Assembly (NCBI GenBank): GCA_963799845.1 | Contig: CAWCYI010000006.1 | Span: 128,001 to 192,000, forward strand | Origin: an uncultured Nitrososphaerota archaeon | GTDB lineage: Archaea; Thermoproteota; Nitrososphaeria; Nitrososphaerales; CADDZS01 | Reading direction: 5' to 3' | Length of the DNA stretch: 64,000 nucleotides | In this document: positions 50,299-60,209 of the stretch, in pieces | How the letters are laid out: every line of letters begins with the position of its first letter | Position numbering within the stretch: the stretch's first letter is position 1 | Translations under genes and position numbers: made by a program | The notes under the pieces: model-generated | The model's input: the letters and a program-made list of their open reading frames with translations, nothing else | Databases searched by the model: none | What the model was told of the DNA's origin: nothing

Positions 50299-51334
50299 TG
50301 TTCTATCAAAGAATCATTTCGCTCTCCCACATGATTGAAGGATCTATGAGTTCCTCTTTTATTTCCATCTTCCTGTAGTAGGCTTCCAGTGGAGTTTCAG
50401 CTCTCTCCAGATCAAGGGCTCCGTGGGGCTTGATGCAGTTGTACCAGCGTACGCACTCCTCAATCGGAGAGAATCCCTTCGCGAGTCCTCTTTCAACCGT
50501 ATCAAAGAGCTTCTCCAATTTTCCATTGGTTTGGGGATGTCTCACTCTTGAAAGAATATGTTTGATGTGATTCCTCATCAGATAGAGCTCGAATTCAGTG
50601 AGACCTTTCGTTTTTGTTTCAGCTTCGACCGCATAGAAGGATGTACCTCTGTCTGAGAGGATTGATGCTGGTCTGCCATGTTCCCTGATCGCTTCCTTCA
50701 GGACGCTCACTGCATTTTCAGACGACGGAGAGTCAAACACGCCATAACCCATGATGTACCTCGATGCGTCATCCTCGTAGATTACCAGCCACTTGCCCCT
50801 GTATACTGACGATTTCATCTCGTGCCAATCGACGTGCCACAACGAATTGGAATGCTCCCTTTCATATCTGATCCACTTGCGCTTGAAGCGCGTCCTTGCT
50901 GTATTGTACAACAATCCTTCCTCCTTCAATACGCTATAGACTCGCATGTGGTTTGTTTCATCGATGCCGTAATCTCTCTTGAGGATTGAAACGAGGTAGC
51001 AGGCTCCGACGCCAAACTTCCTTGAAGCTTCGATGATCGCATTCCTCTCCTCAATTGGGATCTCGATTCTTTTTCTGCCTGCCTTCTTGAGAGATGGTAT
51101 CTCTCCGGATTCCCTGTATTGGGCATAAAGCTGCTCCACTCTTCTCACGGTGATGTTCTGGGTTGATGCGATATCCCTGGCTGCAAGGCCGCTCTCTCTA
51201 GCCTTGACCACCCACACCACCTTTTCCTCTGAAAGCTTTCTTGACCCATAGCCATGCTTCTTCCAGATGCTCCTCCAATAGTCCCCCAGCCTAACCTTGT
51301 TGACTATGGAGCGAAATAATTGTTTGATAAGAGA
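50299..51334 (-). mobile_element. IS481-family IS (second, diverged copy)
   Basis: TIRs TGTTCTATCAAAGAATCATTTCGCTC and TCTCTTATCAAACAATTATTTCGCTC; no TSD visible. Confidence 0.88.
50306..51220 (-). CDS. IS481-family DDE transposase
   Basis: RYEREHSNSLWHVDW, DDASR, HPQTNGKLEK. Confidence 0.93.
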   Translation of the reverse strand: MVWVVKARESGLAARDIASTQNITVRRVEQLYAQYRESGEIPSLKKAGRKRIEIPIEERNAIIEASRKFGVGACYLVSILKRDYGIDETNHMRVYSVLKEEGLLYNTARTRFKRKWIRYEREHSNSLWHVDWHEMKSSVYRGKWLVIYEDDASRYIMGYGVFDSPSSENAVSVLKEAIREHGRPASILSDRGTSFYAVEAETKTKGLTEFELYLMRNHIKHILSRVRHPQTNGKLEKLFDTVERGLAKGFSPIEECVRWYNCIKPHGALDLERAETPLEAYYRKMEIKEELIDPSIMWESEMIL

Positions 51335-51352
51335 GGTTGACCTTGAGAACGT

Positions 51353-52309
51353 CTAGAGTTTAAGGAAGATCGGCATTCCGCTCGAACTGCTCGCGAGCGC
51401 GGCCTCGGCGATGGTCGTGTTGTTCAGGCCATCCTTCGGCTTGACGAGCGGAGCCCTTCCGTTCCGCAGGGAGTCGAGGAAGGCTTCCATTTCTGCGACG
51501 AGCGGTTCTCTGACGTCGCGCCTCGGAATTGTCGTCCCCTTTACGTCGTCGAACCGAATTTCCTGAGTGATAAAGTCCAGAGAAATTACTCCCTGAGTAC
51601 ACGCGATTGTCAACTGCCTCAATCTTTTAGGCGTTACCCAGTTGGAGACGATGAACGCAGTTTTCTTTTGATCGAAGCCGAGGGTAACCGCGGCAAAGTC
51701 TTCCCTTGATTCCGATAGAACGTTTCCAACTCTCGCAAAGACAACTTTCGGTTCTTCGTCAAACAGCCACCTCGCCGTGTCGATATCATGCACGGTAGTA
51801 TCAGCGACGATTCCGACATCGGTTATCCTCCCCGCCCACTTGTTTTCCCTGTGGAACTCCAGCAAAAGAGGCTCGCCCAACATTTTCTCCTTAATTGCTT
51901 TCTTCGCATCCACCACAGCTGGATTGAATCGCTCGATGTATCCGACAGTCAGGAATACGCCAGACTCCTTCGCAATCTCCACCAGTTTTTGTCCCTCGGA
52001 AGCTCTGGCCGTCATCGGCTTCTCGACGAAGGTATTGATCTTTTTTTCAAGAGTCTTTGACGCTACGCCAAAATGTGTAGACGTGGGAGTGCAAACAGTT
52101 ACCGCATCAAGCTTCTCCGTCGCAAGCATCTTGTCAAGATCCGTGTACGCGTTGCAGCCGTATTTTGAGGACCACAGTGTCGCCCTCTCCGGATCGATGT
52201 CGCACAGCGATGCGAGTACTCCGAACTCGCTGAACACTCTAAGGTGATTTTTTCCCCAGCCGCCCGTCCCGATGACTCCAATTCTCAACTTGTCCATTTT
52301 CCAGACCAA
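51353..52309 (-). CDS. Gfo/Idh/MocA family oxidoreductase (NDP-sugar 3-dehydrogenase-like)
   Basis: GVIGTGGWG, VEKPM, GYIERFNP, DTTVHDID. Confidence 0.9.
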   Translation of the reverse strand: MVWKMDKLRIGVIGTGGWGKNHLRVFSEFGVLASLCDIDPERATLWSSKYGCNAYTDLDKMLATEKLDAVTVCTPTSTHFGVASKTLEKKINTFVEKPMTARASEGQKLVEIAKESGVFLTVGYIERFNPAVVDAKKAIKEKMLGEPLLLEFHRENKWAGRITDVGIVADTTVHDIDTARWLFDEEPKVVFARVGNVLSESREDFAAVTLGFDQKKTAFIVSNWVTPKRLRQLTIACTQGVISLDFITQEIRFDDVKGTTIPRRDVREPLVAEMEAFLDSLRNGRAPLVKPKDGLNNTTIAEAALASSSSGMPIFLKL

Positions 52310-52311
52310 CT

Positions 52312-53475
52312 CTAAGAAACAAACTCAACCGGAAGATTCGCCCGAATCGAGTGAGATTTAGTCATCTCGATCTGTTCCTCATATAACTGCATCAACTTCA
52401 GCTCTGCACTCCCGGAAAGAAAAACCATGAGGTTCGTCTTGTCCAGCCCCATCGGAAAGTTAAACCCCTCCTTCATCACATTCATGTAATCGATGTCAGA
52501 GAAGTAGTCCCGCAGTCTTTCAAGAAGATCGGCCGCAAGGCTCAACTTGTCGCCGCGCATTTCGAGGATGTCAGTGTCGCTGAACAGGATAATTTTGAGT
52601 CTCGCAGCTTTCAGTTCCTTCAACCTGACGAACTCCCTGACTCGCTCGACCAGAAACCTGCCGTAGCTTTCGATGCTCTTATTGGCGCCCGATGCGAGAT
52701 ACAAAATCGGATCGCCCGTTTCTAGAGAATCCAAAACGAGGTTAAGATCGTAGAGATCAGAGCTGAGGTCTTCAGCAAACACCTGCTTGTACTCCCTTGG
52801 ACTGTCGGTACCGGATTGCGTTAGACGTCGAGCAGTTTCAAATGCGGATGCCAGACTGGAATATTTCGCAACGACCTTCTGAGCGTGAACAAGTTCGGAT
52901 TTCTGAAGGCTCATTACTTCCGTTGCAAGCCCTGCAGCCTCGATGACCGTTGGACGGGGCGCCTCCTTTCCGTCGCAGCCAAAAACGCTCGGTCTCCCTT
53001 CGTCAAGCGGAGAATAAACAAACCAGAACTCCTTCCCGTTCACCAGACCCGAAGAGTGCTCGATCCGATCGATGATCTCTTTCGTCCCGCCGATCCCAAC
53101 TGGGAGGCAGAAGACAAACACTGTTTCGGCGCTCATCGTCTTCGTTGCGTCGGAGACTCTCGATTTAACCTCGGCAAGAAGCTCTTCATCCTTCCTGCGA
53201 AGCTTCGGAGCAAAAAAAAGGACTTTCGCGTTAGAGATAGACTCCTTTTTCGATCTAATTTCCATGAGTAGCTCGTCGGAAAGAAGCGATCTGAGGTCTC
53301 TGTAGTCTCCCGCAACCTCGGGCCGCAACTCCATAGCAGTTCCGAGGAGTTCGTCAATCAATGTGACCTGATATCCTTTTGTGGCAAGTTTCGATCCGAT
53401 TTGAAAGCCTTCGGAGCTCAGACCAAAAATAACCGTCGACTCTTTTGGTTTGAGCTCGGAGGAGCTTTCTGCCAT
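52312..53475 (-). CDS. Divergent nucleotide-sugar dehydrogenase-like protein
   Basis: Rossmann-like IFGLSSEG start and LPVGIGGT...SGLVNGKEFWFVYSP recall the UDP-Glc/GDP-Man dehydrogenase family; catalytic motifs not evident. Confidence 0.55.
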   Translation of the reverse strand: MAESSSELKPKESTVIFGLSSEGFQIGSKLATKGYQVTLIDELLGTAMELRPEVAGDYRDLRSLLSDELLMEIRSKKESISNAKVLFFAPKLRRKDEELLAEVKSRVSDATKTMSAETVFVFCLPVGIGGTKEIIDRIEHSSGLVNGKEFWFVYSPLDEGRPSVFGCDGKEAPRPTVIEAAGLATEVMSLQKSELVHAQKVVAKYSSLASAFETARRLTQSGTDSPREYKQVFAEDLSSDLYDLNLVLDSLETGDPILYLASGANKSIESYGRFLVERVREFVRLKELKAARLKIILFSDTDILEMRGDKLSLAADLLERLRDYFSDIDYMNVMKEGFNFPMGLDKTNLMVFLSGSAELKLMQLYEEQIEMTKSHSIRANLPVEFVS

Positions 53476-53585
53476 GTGCCCTGACTGACCTAATCGGATT
53501 ACGATTGTTTTGAAATAGTTATTCTCTAGATGCCGAAATCTTAATTGGCACTCTTTACACGTTGAGTCTGAAAACCTGCGACTTT

Positions 53586-53707
53586 AGCCCGGTGGTGTAG
53601 GGCTCCAATCTAGAGCGCAAAACGGTCAAGCAAGCGTTGATCTAGTCAACGACCTTGATTACTGGCCTTTGGAGCCGGTGACCTCAGTTCGAATCTGAGC
53701 CGGGCTA
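53586..53707 (+). tRNA. tRNA-Gln(TTG) with two introns (53601-53622 at position 15/16; 53633-53659 at 24/25)
   Basis: Acceptor stem AGCCCGG/CCGGGCT, anticodon arm CTGGC-CTTTGGA-GCCGG, T arm CTCAG-TTCGAAT-CTGAG; removing both introns restores the D arm GTGT-AGCGGTCAA-GCAT. Confidence 0.93.
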
Positions 53708-54155
53708 TCTTTTGCTTTTACTTTAGAGGATTGTCTCCAGGATTTTTTGGATACTCCGTTTCGACCTGTCTTGCCCTAAATTGTTAGTAATCGATTTTTC
53801 CCGGTTTCATGTCGAATCCAGGATATGTCCGCTCTGCCACTAGCGAATGAATATCTTGAATGCTGCGAATGTTGCAGCATCCCTCGAAGTTCGATGAAAT
53901 ACAATATTCAGAGCCAAACTATTGCTGAAGATAAGGTTGATTCCTCGAAATGACGGCCAAAAACCCGACAGATCGCAGCAGTGGAGAGGTCTAGTCATAT
54001 GTCCGCTACTCCAGAATAACTATAAGCGAGTCCAATAAGGAATTCACAATTCCTTTTGCGATTACTTCTTCCTAGCTTTAGTTCTTCCCTCCTAGTCAGC
54101 ATCACCAACGGCATTTGTCAAAGTTAAGTAGGAGGCGTTCACTTCTGCCGTCAGA

Positions 54156-54464
54156 TTGCCAGAAACCATTACCATTGATGGAAGGGGAATCACAATCCAA
54201 GAAGCGATAAAGGAGATGTGGAATAGAATGCAACCGCTTGAGCAAAGAGGCTTCCAACCTATTACCGAGGTCGAAATTGTCGACACATCCAAAAAAGAGA
54301 TAATCCAAACATTCCAACTGACTGATCCGGAATTCCAGATCCATTTGAAATTTGATCAGGAGGAGAAAAGCGAACAGGTCGCCGACAGGCTGAACCAGAA
54401 CCCGCACGCTCCCGAGAGCATAGAACACTATCCCTACATTGCACGGATTCGACTAGAGGGCTAA
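54156..54464 (+). CDS. Hypothetical protein
   Basis: 102-aa ORF with GGAGG upstream. Confidence 0.5.
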   Translation: MPETITIDGRGITIQEAIKEMWNRMQPLEQRGFQPITEVEIVDTSKKEIIQTFQLTDPEFQIHLKFDQEEKSEQVADRLNQNPHAPESIEHYPYIARIRLEG

Positions 54465-54613
54465 TCGCCACCTGATTAGAATCTTGACGCCCTTTTCCCT
54501 TAATCATTTCCTGCCTCGTGAATCGACCATGAATTATGGAGTAGAAAGTCAGAAAGGATATTGTGCTCCAATAGGCGACTTCAAGAATTGATTGAACCGA
54601 CAATGTTGTACGC

Positions 54614-55216
54614 CTAACTCTTCGGACGATCCAACTCCGCAATTGCGAGATGATAGGCCGACCTGCCGAGCGTCGAAATGATTTCCTGATCGCTGTATCC
54701 TCCCGAGTCCTTCAGACTCAAAACCGCTTCGGCACTTATAATGACCGACAGGGCAAGTTGTACATCCCGACGCCGTTTCTTCCCCAATCGCCTTGGGATT
54801 CGTTCGAGCACCGCATCAATAAGCCCCAAGCGGAATGCCGGCCGTAGTTCCCCCGCGGAATGAATCTCGTCTGAGTTCCGAGTTGAATACGACAAAGCGA
54901 TGAGCGCTCGAACTTGAGCCTCGTTCTGAATAATCGTGCGCGCCATAGCTTCTGCGGCAAACCGCGCCCGCTCTCCAACAGTCGGAAGTGCGCGCAGATC
55001 CGCAAGCACTTTTTCCAAACCGGGCCAATTGACCGCCAGGGCGTCCTGCAACAGGCTGCGTGCGCTGGTGTAGTAGCGGTAGGCGGTAGCTTCTGATATC
55101 AGAGCTCGTCCTGCGCTGGCTGCTACTGTCGGGGCGCGTCCTTCTGCGAGCAGCTCCCGGGCAGCTTCCAGTAACGCCTTGCGGGTCCTCTCCTTTTGCT
55201 TGGTTCGGCTGGTCAT
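54614..55216 (-). CDS. TetR/AcrR family regulator
   Basis: RTRKALLEAARELL...ISEATAYRYY. Confidence 0.9.
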   Translation of the reverse strand: MTSRTKQKERTRKALLEAARELLAEGRAPTVAASAGRALISEATAYRYYTSARSLLQDALAVNWPGLEKVLADLRALPTVGERARFAAEAMARTIIQNEAQVRALIALSYSTRNSDEIHSAGELRPAFRLGLIDAVLERIPRRLGKKRRRDVQLALSVIISAEAVLSLKDSGGYSDQEIISTLGRSAYHLAIAELDRPKS

Positions 55217-55260
55217 CCCTTAATCCGCCTCCCTGTTACTTCATACTGCAATTTCATTCG

Positions 55261-55284
55261 TGAGACTAGACTCTCATTATGAGA
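55261..55284. promoter_or_regulatory. Overlapping palindromes; putative TetR operator
   Basis: TGAGA-ctagac-TCTCA and TCTCA-tta-TGAGA in the divergent gap. Confidence 0.55.
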
Positions 55285-55300
55285 ATAGCTAATATAGTGT

Positions 55301-55786
55301 TTGGCAACATGGAACAATCAGAAGATTAGTATGGCAACCATCAACACGATTCTTAAGGGAACCGGAGAAATCCTTCAAGTAGGTCAGATTCGGGCCCGCG
55401 TACTGGAAGATGGATCTCGCACGGATGACCGCATCGGCGCTGTCGAGATCACAGTTCCGCCTAATACGGCCCAGACGCCCCAGCACTTGCATCGTATGCA
55501 CGACGAGACATTTCTCGTCATTAGCGGCACGCTGCGGTTTACCGTCGGCGACACTGACCACGATTTCCACGCTGGCGACTACGTCGTCGTTCCTACCGGG
55601 GCATCTCATACATTCTCGAATCCATTCGACGAAACGGCTGTCTTTTTCAATTCGTTTACACCCGCGTATTACGTAAATTATCTGAGAGACCTCGCGGCAC
55701 TTGGCGCGAAGGATGGTCTTTCGCAAGAGGCCATTCTTAATGTCATGGCGAGATATGCAACCGAGCCGGCAGGAAGCTCGAATTAA
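55301..55786 (+). CDS. Cupin-domain protein
   Basis: HLHRMHDETFLVISG...GDYVVVPTGASHTF. Confidence 0.9.
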   Translation: MATWNNQKISMATINTILKGTGEILQVGQIRARVLEDGSRTDDRIGAVEITVPPNTAQTPQHLHRMHDETFLVISGTLRFTVGDTDHDFHAGDYVVVPTGASHTFSNPFDETAVFFNSFTPAYYVNYLRDLAALGAKDGLSQEAILNVMARYATEPAGSSN

Positions 55787-55800
55787 GAAGGCGTTTTGAA

Positions 55801-56592
55801 ATGTCGGATACTTCGAAGAAATTAGTAAAACTATTTGCGGAAACGCTTGAGCTTAGCATTGTCGAATCTGGAAAGGGGCGCCCCTACCTTCTTTTGCATG
55901 GTGGTGCCGGCCCGGCGTCTCTTGCCTCGTTGGCAGGTGGGTTGTCGAAGGATGCGAGAGCAATCGTGCCGACCCATCCCGGTTTCAACGGTCAACCTCG
56001 ACCGGAATGGTTCTCGACGGTCGAGGATCTGACGCTGGCTTATTTGGACCTGCTCGATCGGTTAGATTTGAAGGACGTTATCGTCGCTGGTAATTCTCTT
56101 GGTGGTTGGATCGCGGCGGAGATGGGGCTGCGGAATTCCCCGCGCATTTCCGGGATAATCCTTCTCGACGCCGTTGGGATCGATACCGGTTCCCCCGAGA
56201 AAAAGATCGTGGACCCGGCAACCTTACCTCTGCAAGAGACGCTAAAACTTTCCTTTTACAATCCCGCGAAGTTTGCAGTAGCGCCTTCCGGCCCGGACGC
56301 AGTAAAAATCAGGGCTGAGAACCAGCGGACGTTGCGGATTTATGCGGGAAGTGCCTTGATGTATGATCCTACCCTGAGGGCTCGCCTGGCAAGCACCTCC
56401 AGTCCTGCTCTGGTCATCTGGGGGGAAAGCGATGGTATAGTCGATAAAGAATACGGCCGTCGCTTTGCTGACTCGATCCCCGGCGCTCGTTTTGAGACTG
56501 TTCCAGAAGCGGGCCATTTCCCGCAGATCGAGCAGCCCGATAAAGTGCTGAGCTTGATCAACGGGTTCGTCAGTGACTTGCATGAATCGTAA
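55801..56592 (+). CDS. Alpha/beta hydrolase
   Basis: LLHGG, GNSLGG nucleophile, WGESD, AGHFP. Confidence 0.92.
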   Translation: MSDTSKKLVKLFAETLELSIVESGKGRPYLLLHGGAGPASLASLAGGLSKDARAIVPTHPGFNGQPRPEWFSTVEDLTLAYLDLLDRLDLKDVIVAGNSLGGWIAAEMGLRNSPRISGIILLDAVGIDTGSPEKKIVDPATLPLQETLKLSFYNPAKFAVAPSGPDAVKIRAENQRTLRIYAGSALMYDPTLRARLASTSSPALVIWGESDGIVDKEYGRRFADSIPGARFETVPEAGHFPQIEQPDKVLSLINGFVSDLHES

Positions 56593-56889
56593 CTAAACGA
56601 AACGACTAGAGGATTGGCAAATTCGCTCCCGCGACCAAATCGGTGAGATCCAGGGAGTGATTCAAGCCTGTCTCTTTCGCAGTATAGTATGATTCGATCC
56701 ACTTTTTTTGTGATGGTCTGCACGGCAGGGTTGAAACCTTCAACTCGTCTTGACAGAATTGGTAGATTTTGACAACAGAATCCTCTTGACGGAGCGAGCA
56801 TCTCTCGCAGATTCCACTCTGAAAGTGATGATCAACTGACTCGCTCGTATTATCTGACCTTCAATCCAGACTCAAAATGGATAATATTT

Positions 56890-57204
56890 TTGGGTATCGC
56901 ATGTTCACTATTGGAGAACGGCAACACCAACTTTATCTCCAACTACCAAGTCAAAAGGATAGATAAAATGCGAAAAGCTTCTCCAAAAGAAGGCGATACT
57001 TGTTCATCTTGCCAAAAGGGAATTTTAGAATACTTCAGAAATGATAATAATAAGCTCGAATTGAAATGCAATAATCCAAAATGCTCGAATAGTCACGATG
57101 GTCTTCGCTCAAGCACTCCAGGAAAAGCCAGCGAATCCGTGACGCCAGAACATCGAGACGATAACGCACAGACTATGCTCAGATCTCGATTTGGGCAAAG
57201 ATAG
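56890..57204 (+). CDS. Small zinc-ribbon protein (start probably 56968)
   Basis: CSSCQKG...CNNPKC. Confidence 0.5.
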   Translation: MGIACSLLENGNTNFISNYQVKRIDKMRKASPKEGDTCSSCQKGILEYFRNDNNKLELKCNNPKCSNSHDGLRSSTPGKASESVTPEHRDDNAQTMLRSRFGQR

Positions 57205-57310
57205 AATATCCTAGACTCTGGAGTCCTTGTTAATTGAGACGGAATTCCTCGCCGGATTAAGCGCTGAGGAAGTTAAGGATGGAAAGTCGATTCAGTGTGG
57301 CTGGATGTAA

Positions 57311-58843
57311 TCATGAATAAGCCAGCAAGCTTCCGAAGATAGCTGAAGGTATCACATTATCCGGCGGAGCATTTCTAGTTCTCATCCAATTGAAGGTCAT
57401 GTAATGAGATGAGGGCAAGCCGTTGATGAAGACAATGTCCGCGTACGACTGGCCGTAAGTTAGAGTGCTGTCAGTTCCCTTCAACTGCTGGACTCCATTG
57501 TAATTCGCGTATTCCGATCCGGTCGAGGGCCACACCATCGATCCAACTCCCGTCCACCCAACAAACGAACCGTTAGAAACTGTAGAACCATTTTCACCTG
57601 AACCCTGGTCCAGATGAATCGAGAGAGTATTGCCGCAACCGCAGAGAAAATCTAGGCTGCTGTAAGAAGAATAGAAGCCATTGTCAAGATATCCAGTTCT
57701 AGGCAGGTTCGTGTCCATGGAATTGTAGCGGTACGCAGCCTCGGAGCCAACGCTTGTTGGAAGATCTGTCCCGACGACATTTGAATCGATGGCGGAATAC
57801 GATTCTGGTGTATTCAGATAGACGTGATAGCCGTATCCTGCTCCGCTAGGAGCTCCCGTCGCGGTGATCATGAGCCCGTTGGAAATACTGTAACTTGCGG
57901 ACCCACCCGTATACAATCCGCCCAAGAACGGCACCGCAGTCAAACAACTGCAGAGAGATGAACCGTTGAAGTTGTTGTAAAAGTCGAAAACCTCCGGACC
58001 GTTGTCATACTTCCCATATGTCGAAGTTAAAGTCGGGTACGCGCCCCAGTATCCCGAGCTGCTGTACTGAATCGATGAAACCGGAAAGATGTACATGAAC
58101 ATCAGCTGTTGACTGTAAGGCTGGATAGTTGCATTATCCTTTATCCAAACGTTCGAAGAGCTTTGAGTATTTCCGCAATTTGATTCGCACCACGCATAAA
58201 GCGGATCGCCAGACGCATCGGTGAATACCACGTTTCCCACGTTCGGAGCGAGATGGGAACTGTAAGCGTTCCAGTCCACGTTTAGAAGTATCTGCGTGTT
58301 GGGAGAGGTAGCCGATGACTGGCCGTTCGAAATGATAACGGGGACACAATAGACAGGCGTACCCGAGCCTCCAAAAATCGAACACGCGGTGCTGCCGGAT
58401 ATGGTGGAGGTTATCGTAGAATTACTCGATGTGACTGTCACTGTTTGAATCAATGTCTCAGTCAATGTCGTGGCGGTGTAGTTCTCATACACCGTTGTCG
58501 TTCCGTTTTCGTAAATCGTAGTCTCGGTGCCATTCACAAAGACGGTTGTCACTGAGCCATTTTCGATGAAAGTAACCGTTACCGTGGTTGTCTCAAGTCT
58601 CGAACTTGTTCTGGCGGAATTGGCGCTGATAGTTGAGCCATAAGAGCTCATTGTCGTTTTGTTCAGATAAATCGTAACCGGTGAACTTGAACTCGAATTG
58701 CTAAATGACGAAGAAATTGATGTAGAGTTGGTCGAGCCCTGCAAATTCAAAGTTGGAACATAAATCACGGCGAGACCAATACTGATTGCAAGGATTACGG
58801 CCGCGACACCGCCCGCGATTATCTGCCTCCGATACTCAGCCAA
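57311..58843 (-). CDS. Membrane-anchored surface protein with Ser/Thr stalk and DUF2341-like domain
   Basis: N-terminal TM, Thr/Ser linker, PVIISNGQSSAT...NVVF...LYAWCES...YDNG..VF.FY.NF.G. Confidence 0.75.
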   Translation of the reverse strand: MAEYRRQIIAGGVAAVILAISIGLAVIYVPTLNLQGSTNSTSISSSFSNSSSSSPVTIYLNKTTMSSYGSTISANSARTSSRLETTTVTVTFIENGSVTTVFVNGTETTIYENGTTTVYENYTATTLTETLIQTVTVTSSNSTITSTISGSTACSIFGGSGTPVYCVPVIISNGQSSATSPNTQILLNVDWNAYSSHLAPNVGNVVFTDASGDPLYAWCESNCGNTQSSSNVWIKDNATIQPYSQQLMFMYIFPVSSIQYSSSGYWGAYPTLTSTYGKYDNGPEVFDFYNNFNGSSLCSCLTAVPFLGGLYTGGSASYSISNGLMITATGAPSGAGYGYHVYLNTPESYSAIDSNVVGTDLPTSVGSEAAYRYNSMDTNLPRTGYLDNGFYSSYSSLDFLCGCGNTLSIHLDQGSGENGSTVSNGSFVGWTGVGSMVWPSTGSEYANYNGVQQLKGTDSTLTYGQSYADIVFINGLPSSHYMTFNWMRTRNAPPDNVIPSAIFGSLLAYS

Positions 58844-58992
58844 GATTTTTCAACGGTTTGCCAGCAGATTACGGAAGCCTCCAATTAATACTGATCTTTA
58901 GTATGGCCCGTACTCATTCGTATCGAAGCCTAGACGAGGAAAGCTTCAAGATGTACATTAATTGAACAGGATAACTCGAACAAAAGAAGACC

Positions 58993-59449
58993 ATGCGCAA
59001 GAATGGATCTGGAAGTGGGTCTCCAGGTACAGGTGACGATTTACTCAGGGGAACCACGCTCAGGATCTACAGGTTCATGTACAAAGAAGGCAGGCCGATG
59101 GGCCTCCATGAGATTCAGCGAGCGCTTGGCCTGAGTTCGGCTTCGATACCACAGTATCACATTAACAAGTTGATCTCCGCGGGCCTTGTCAAAGAGCAAG
59201 AGGACGGCGGGGGATATTTCGTTGACCGCCTGGTCTTCGAAAACATGAATCAGGATCAGGAGATCGTTGATCCCGTTCCAGACAACGTACACGATTTTTT
59301 TCTGTACAACGCTCGTTATTCTGTTCACGCTGCTCAGGCCGGAAGTTCTGACCCCCCTTTTTCTCTTCGCCGTCTCGATCAATCTGGCGGCAATTTTCAT
59401 CTTCGCGTCGCAAGCATACAGAACCCTCAGGAGGAGGAATTCAATCTAA
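58993..59449 (+). CDS. Membrane-tethered winged-helix regulator (frameshift near 59248)
   Basis: LRGTTLRIY...EIQRALGLSSASIPQYHINKL, then two TM helices in the next frame. Confidence 0.75.
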
Positions 59450-59515
59450 TTTTGTTACATTAATTCACGCAAGATCATCTTAAAAATCCAGTCATGAGAC
59501 CCAAAGAGGACTGAA

Positions 59516-59752
59516 TTGGCATCAATCCGAGTCGTTGACGATGGCGCTCCGCCGATTGTTGAGAAGGGCCGCGAAACTCCATTCAAGCAGGGAGAATACT
59601 ATGTATTCGATGTTGAAGACGACATTGCGAGGTATTGGAACAAGTTGGCCCCTGCAAAAAGAGCCGAGCTCTCAAAGCAATCGAGAAAGGTGAACAAGGA
59701 TCTTCGGGTAATTCTCGATCCGTTTGTTCACAAGCCTCGCACGATGAAGTAG
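59516..59752 (+). CDS. Hypothetical protein
   Basis: 78-aa ORF with GAGG upstream. Confidence 0.45.
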   Translation: MASIRVVDDGAPPIVEKGRETPFKQGEYYVFDVEDDIARYWNKLAPAKRAELSKQSRKVNKDLRVILDPFVHKPRTMK

Positions 59753-59909
59753 CTGTTGGCAAATAAGGCACTCCGCCTAAACAAATCTACCCGTGTTCGA
59801 CGATCCATTTTAATCAGAAAGCTTGATTCCCACCTTTAAATGTGGAAGTTGATGCTTCGAATAGGAATTGTAATTTACTCTGATCTAATCAAGTAACTCG
59901 CAACTCCGC

Positions 59910-60209
59910 ATGGTCAGTTACAAATCAACTAGTTGTACCATAGGCGATCATCAGAACTGCACATTTTCGACAAACTGCCGGTGCTACTGCCACAATATGG
60001 AAAAGCAGAAAGTTCAACTTGAACATTATAAGACGCTAGTCTTGCAAGTGGGGGAAGCACGGCGAATGCAAAGACGATCAGGGAAAGTGCTCCTGTTCGT
60101 GCCATCGATAGAGCATCATTTCGTTATTGGTACTCCAGCCTCTTGTGGACTCGACAGGGCAATCTTCGCGGGCTTGATCGCGAGGCGGATGATCCTGACA
60201 ACTAGGTAA
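59910..60209 (+). CDS. Small Cys/His-rich peptide (CxCxCH)
   Basis: CTIGDHQNCTFSTNCRCYCH; 3' end overlaps the permease gene, so the true length is uncertain. Confidence 0.4.
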   Translation: MVSYKSTSCTIGDHQNCTFSTNCRCYCHNMEKQKVQLEHYKTLVLQVGEARRMQRRSGKVLLFVPSIEHHFVIGTPASCGLDRAIFAGLIARRMILTTR

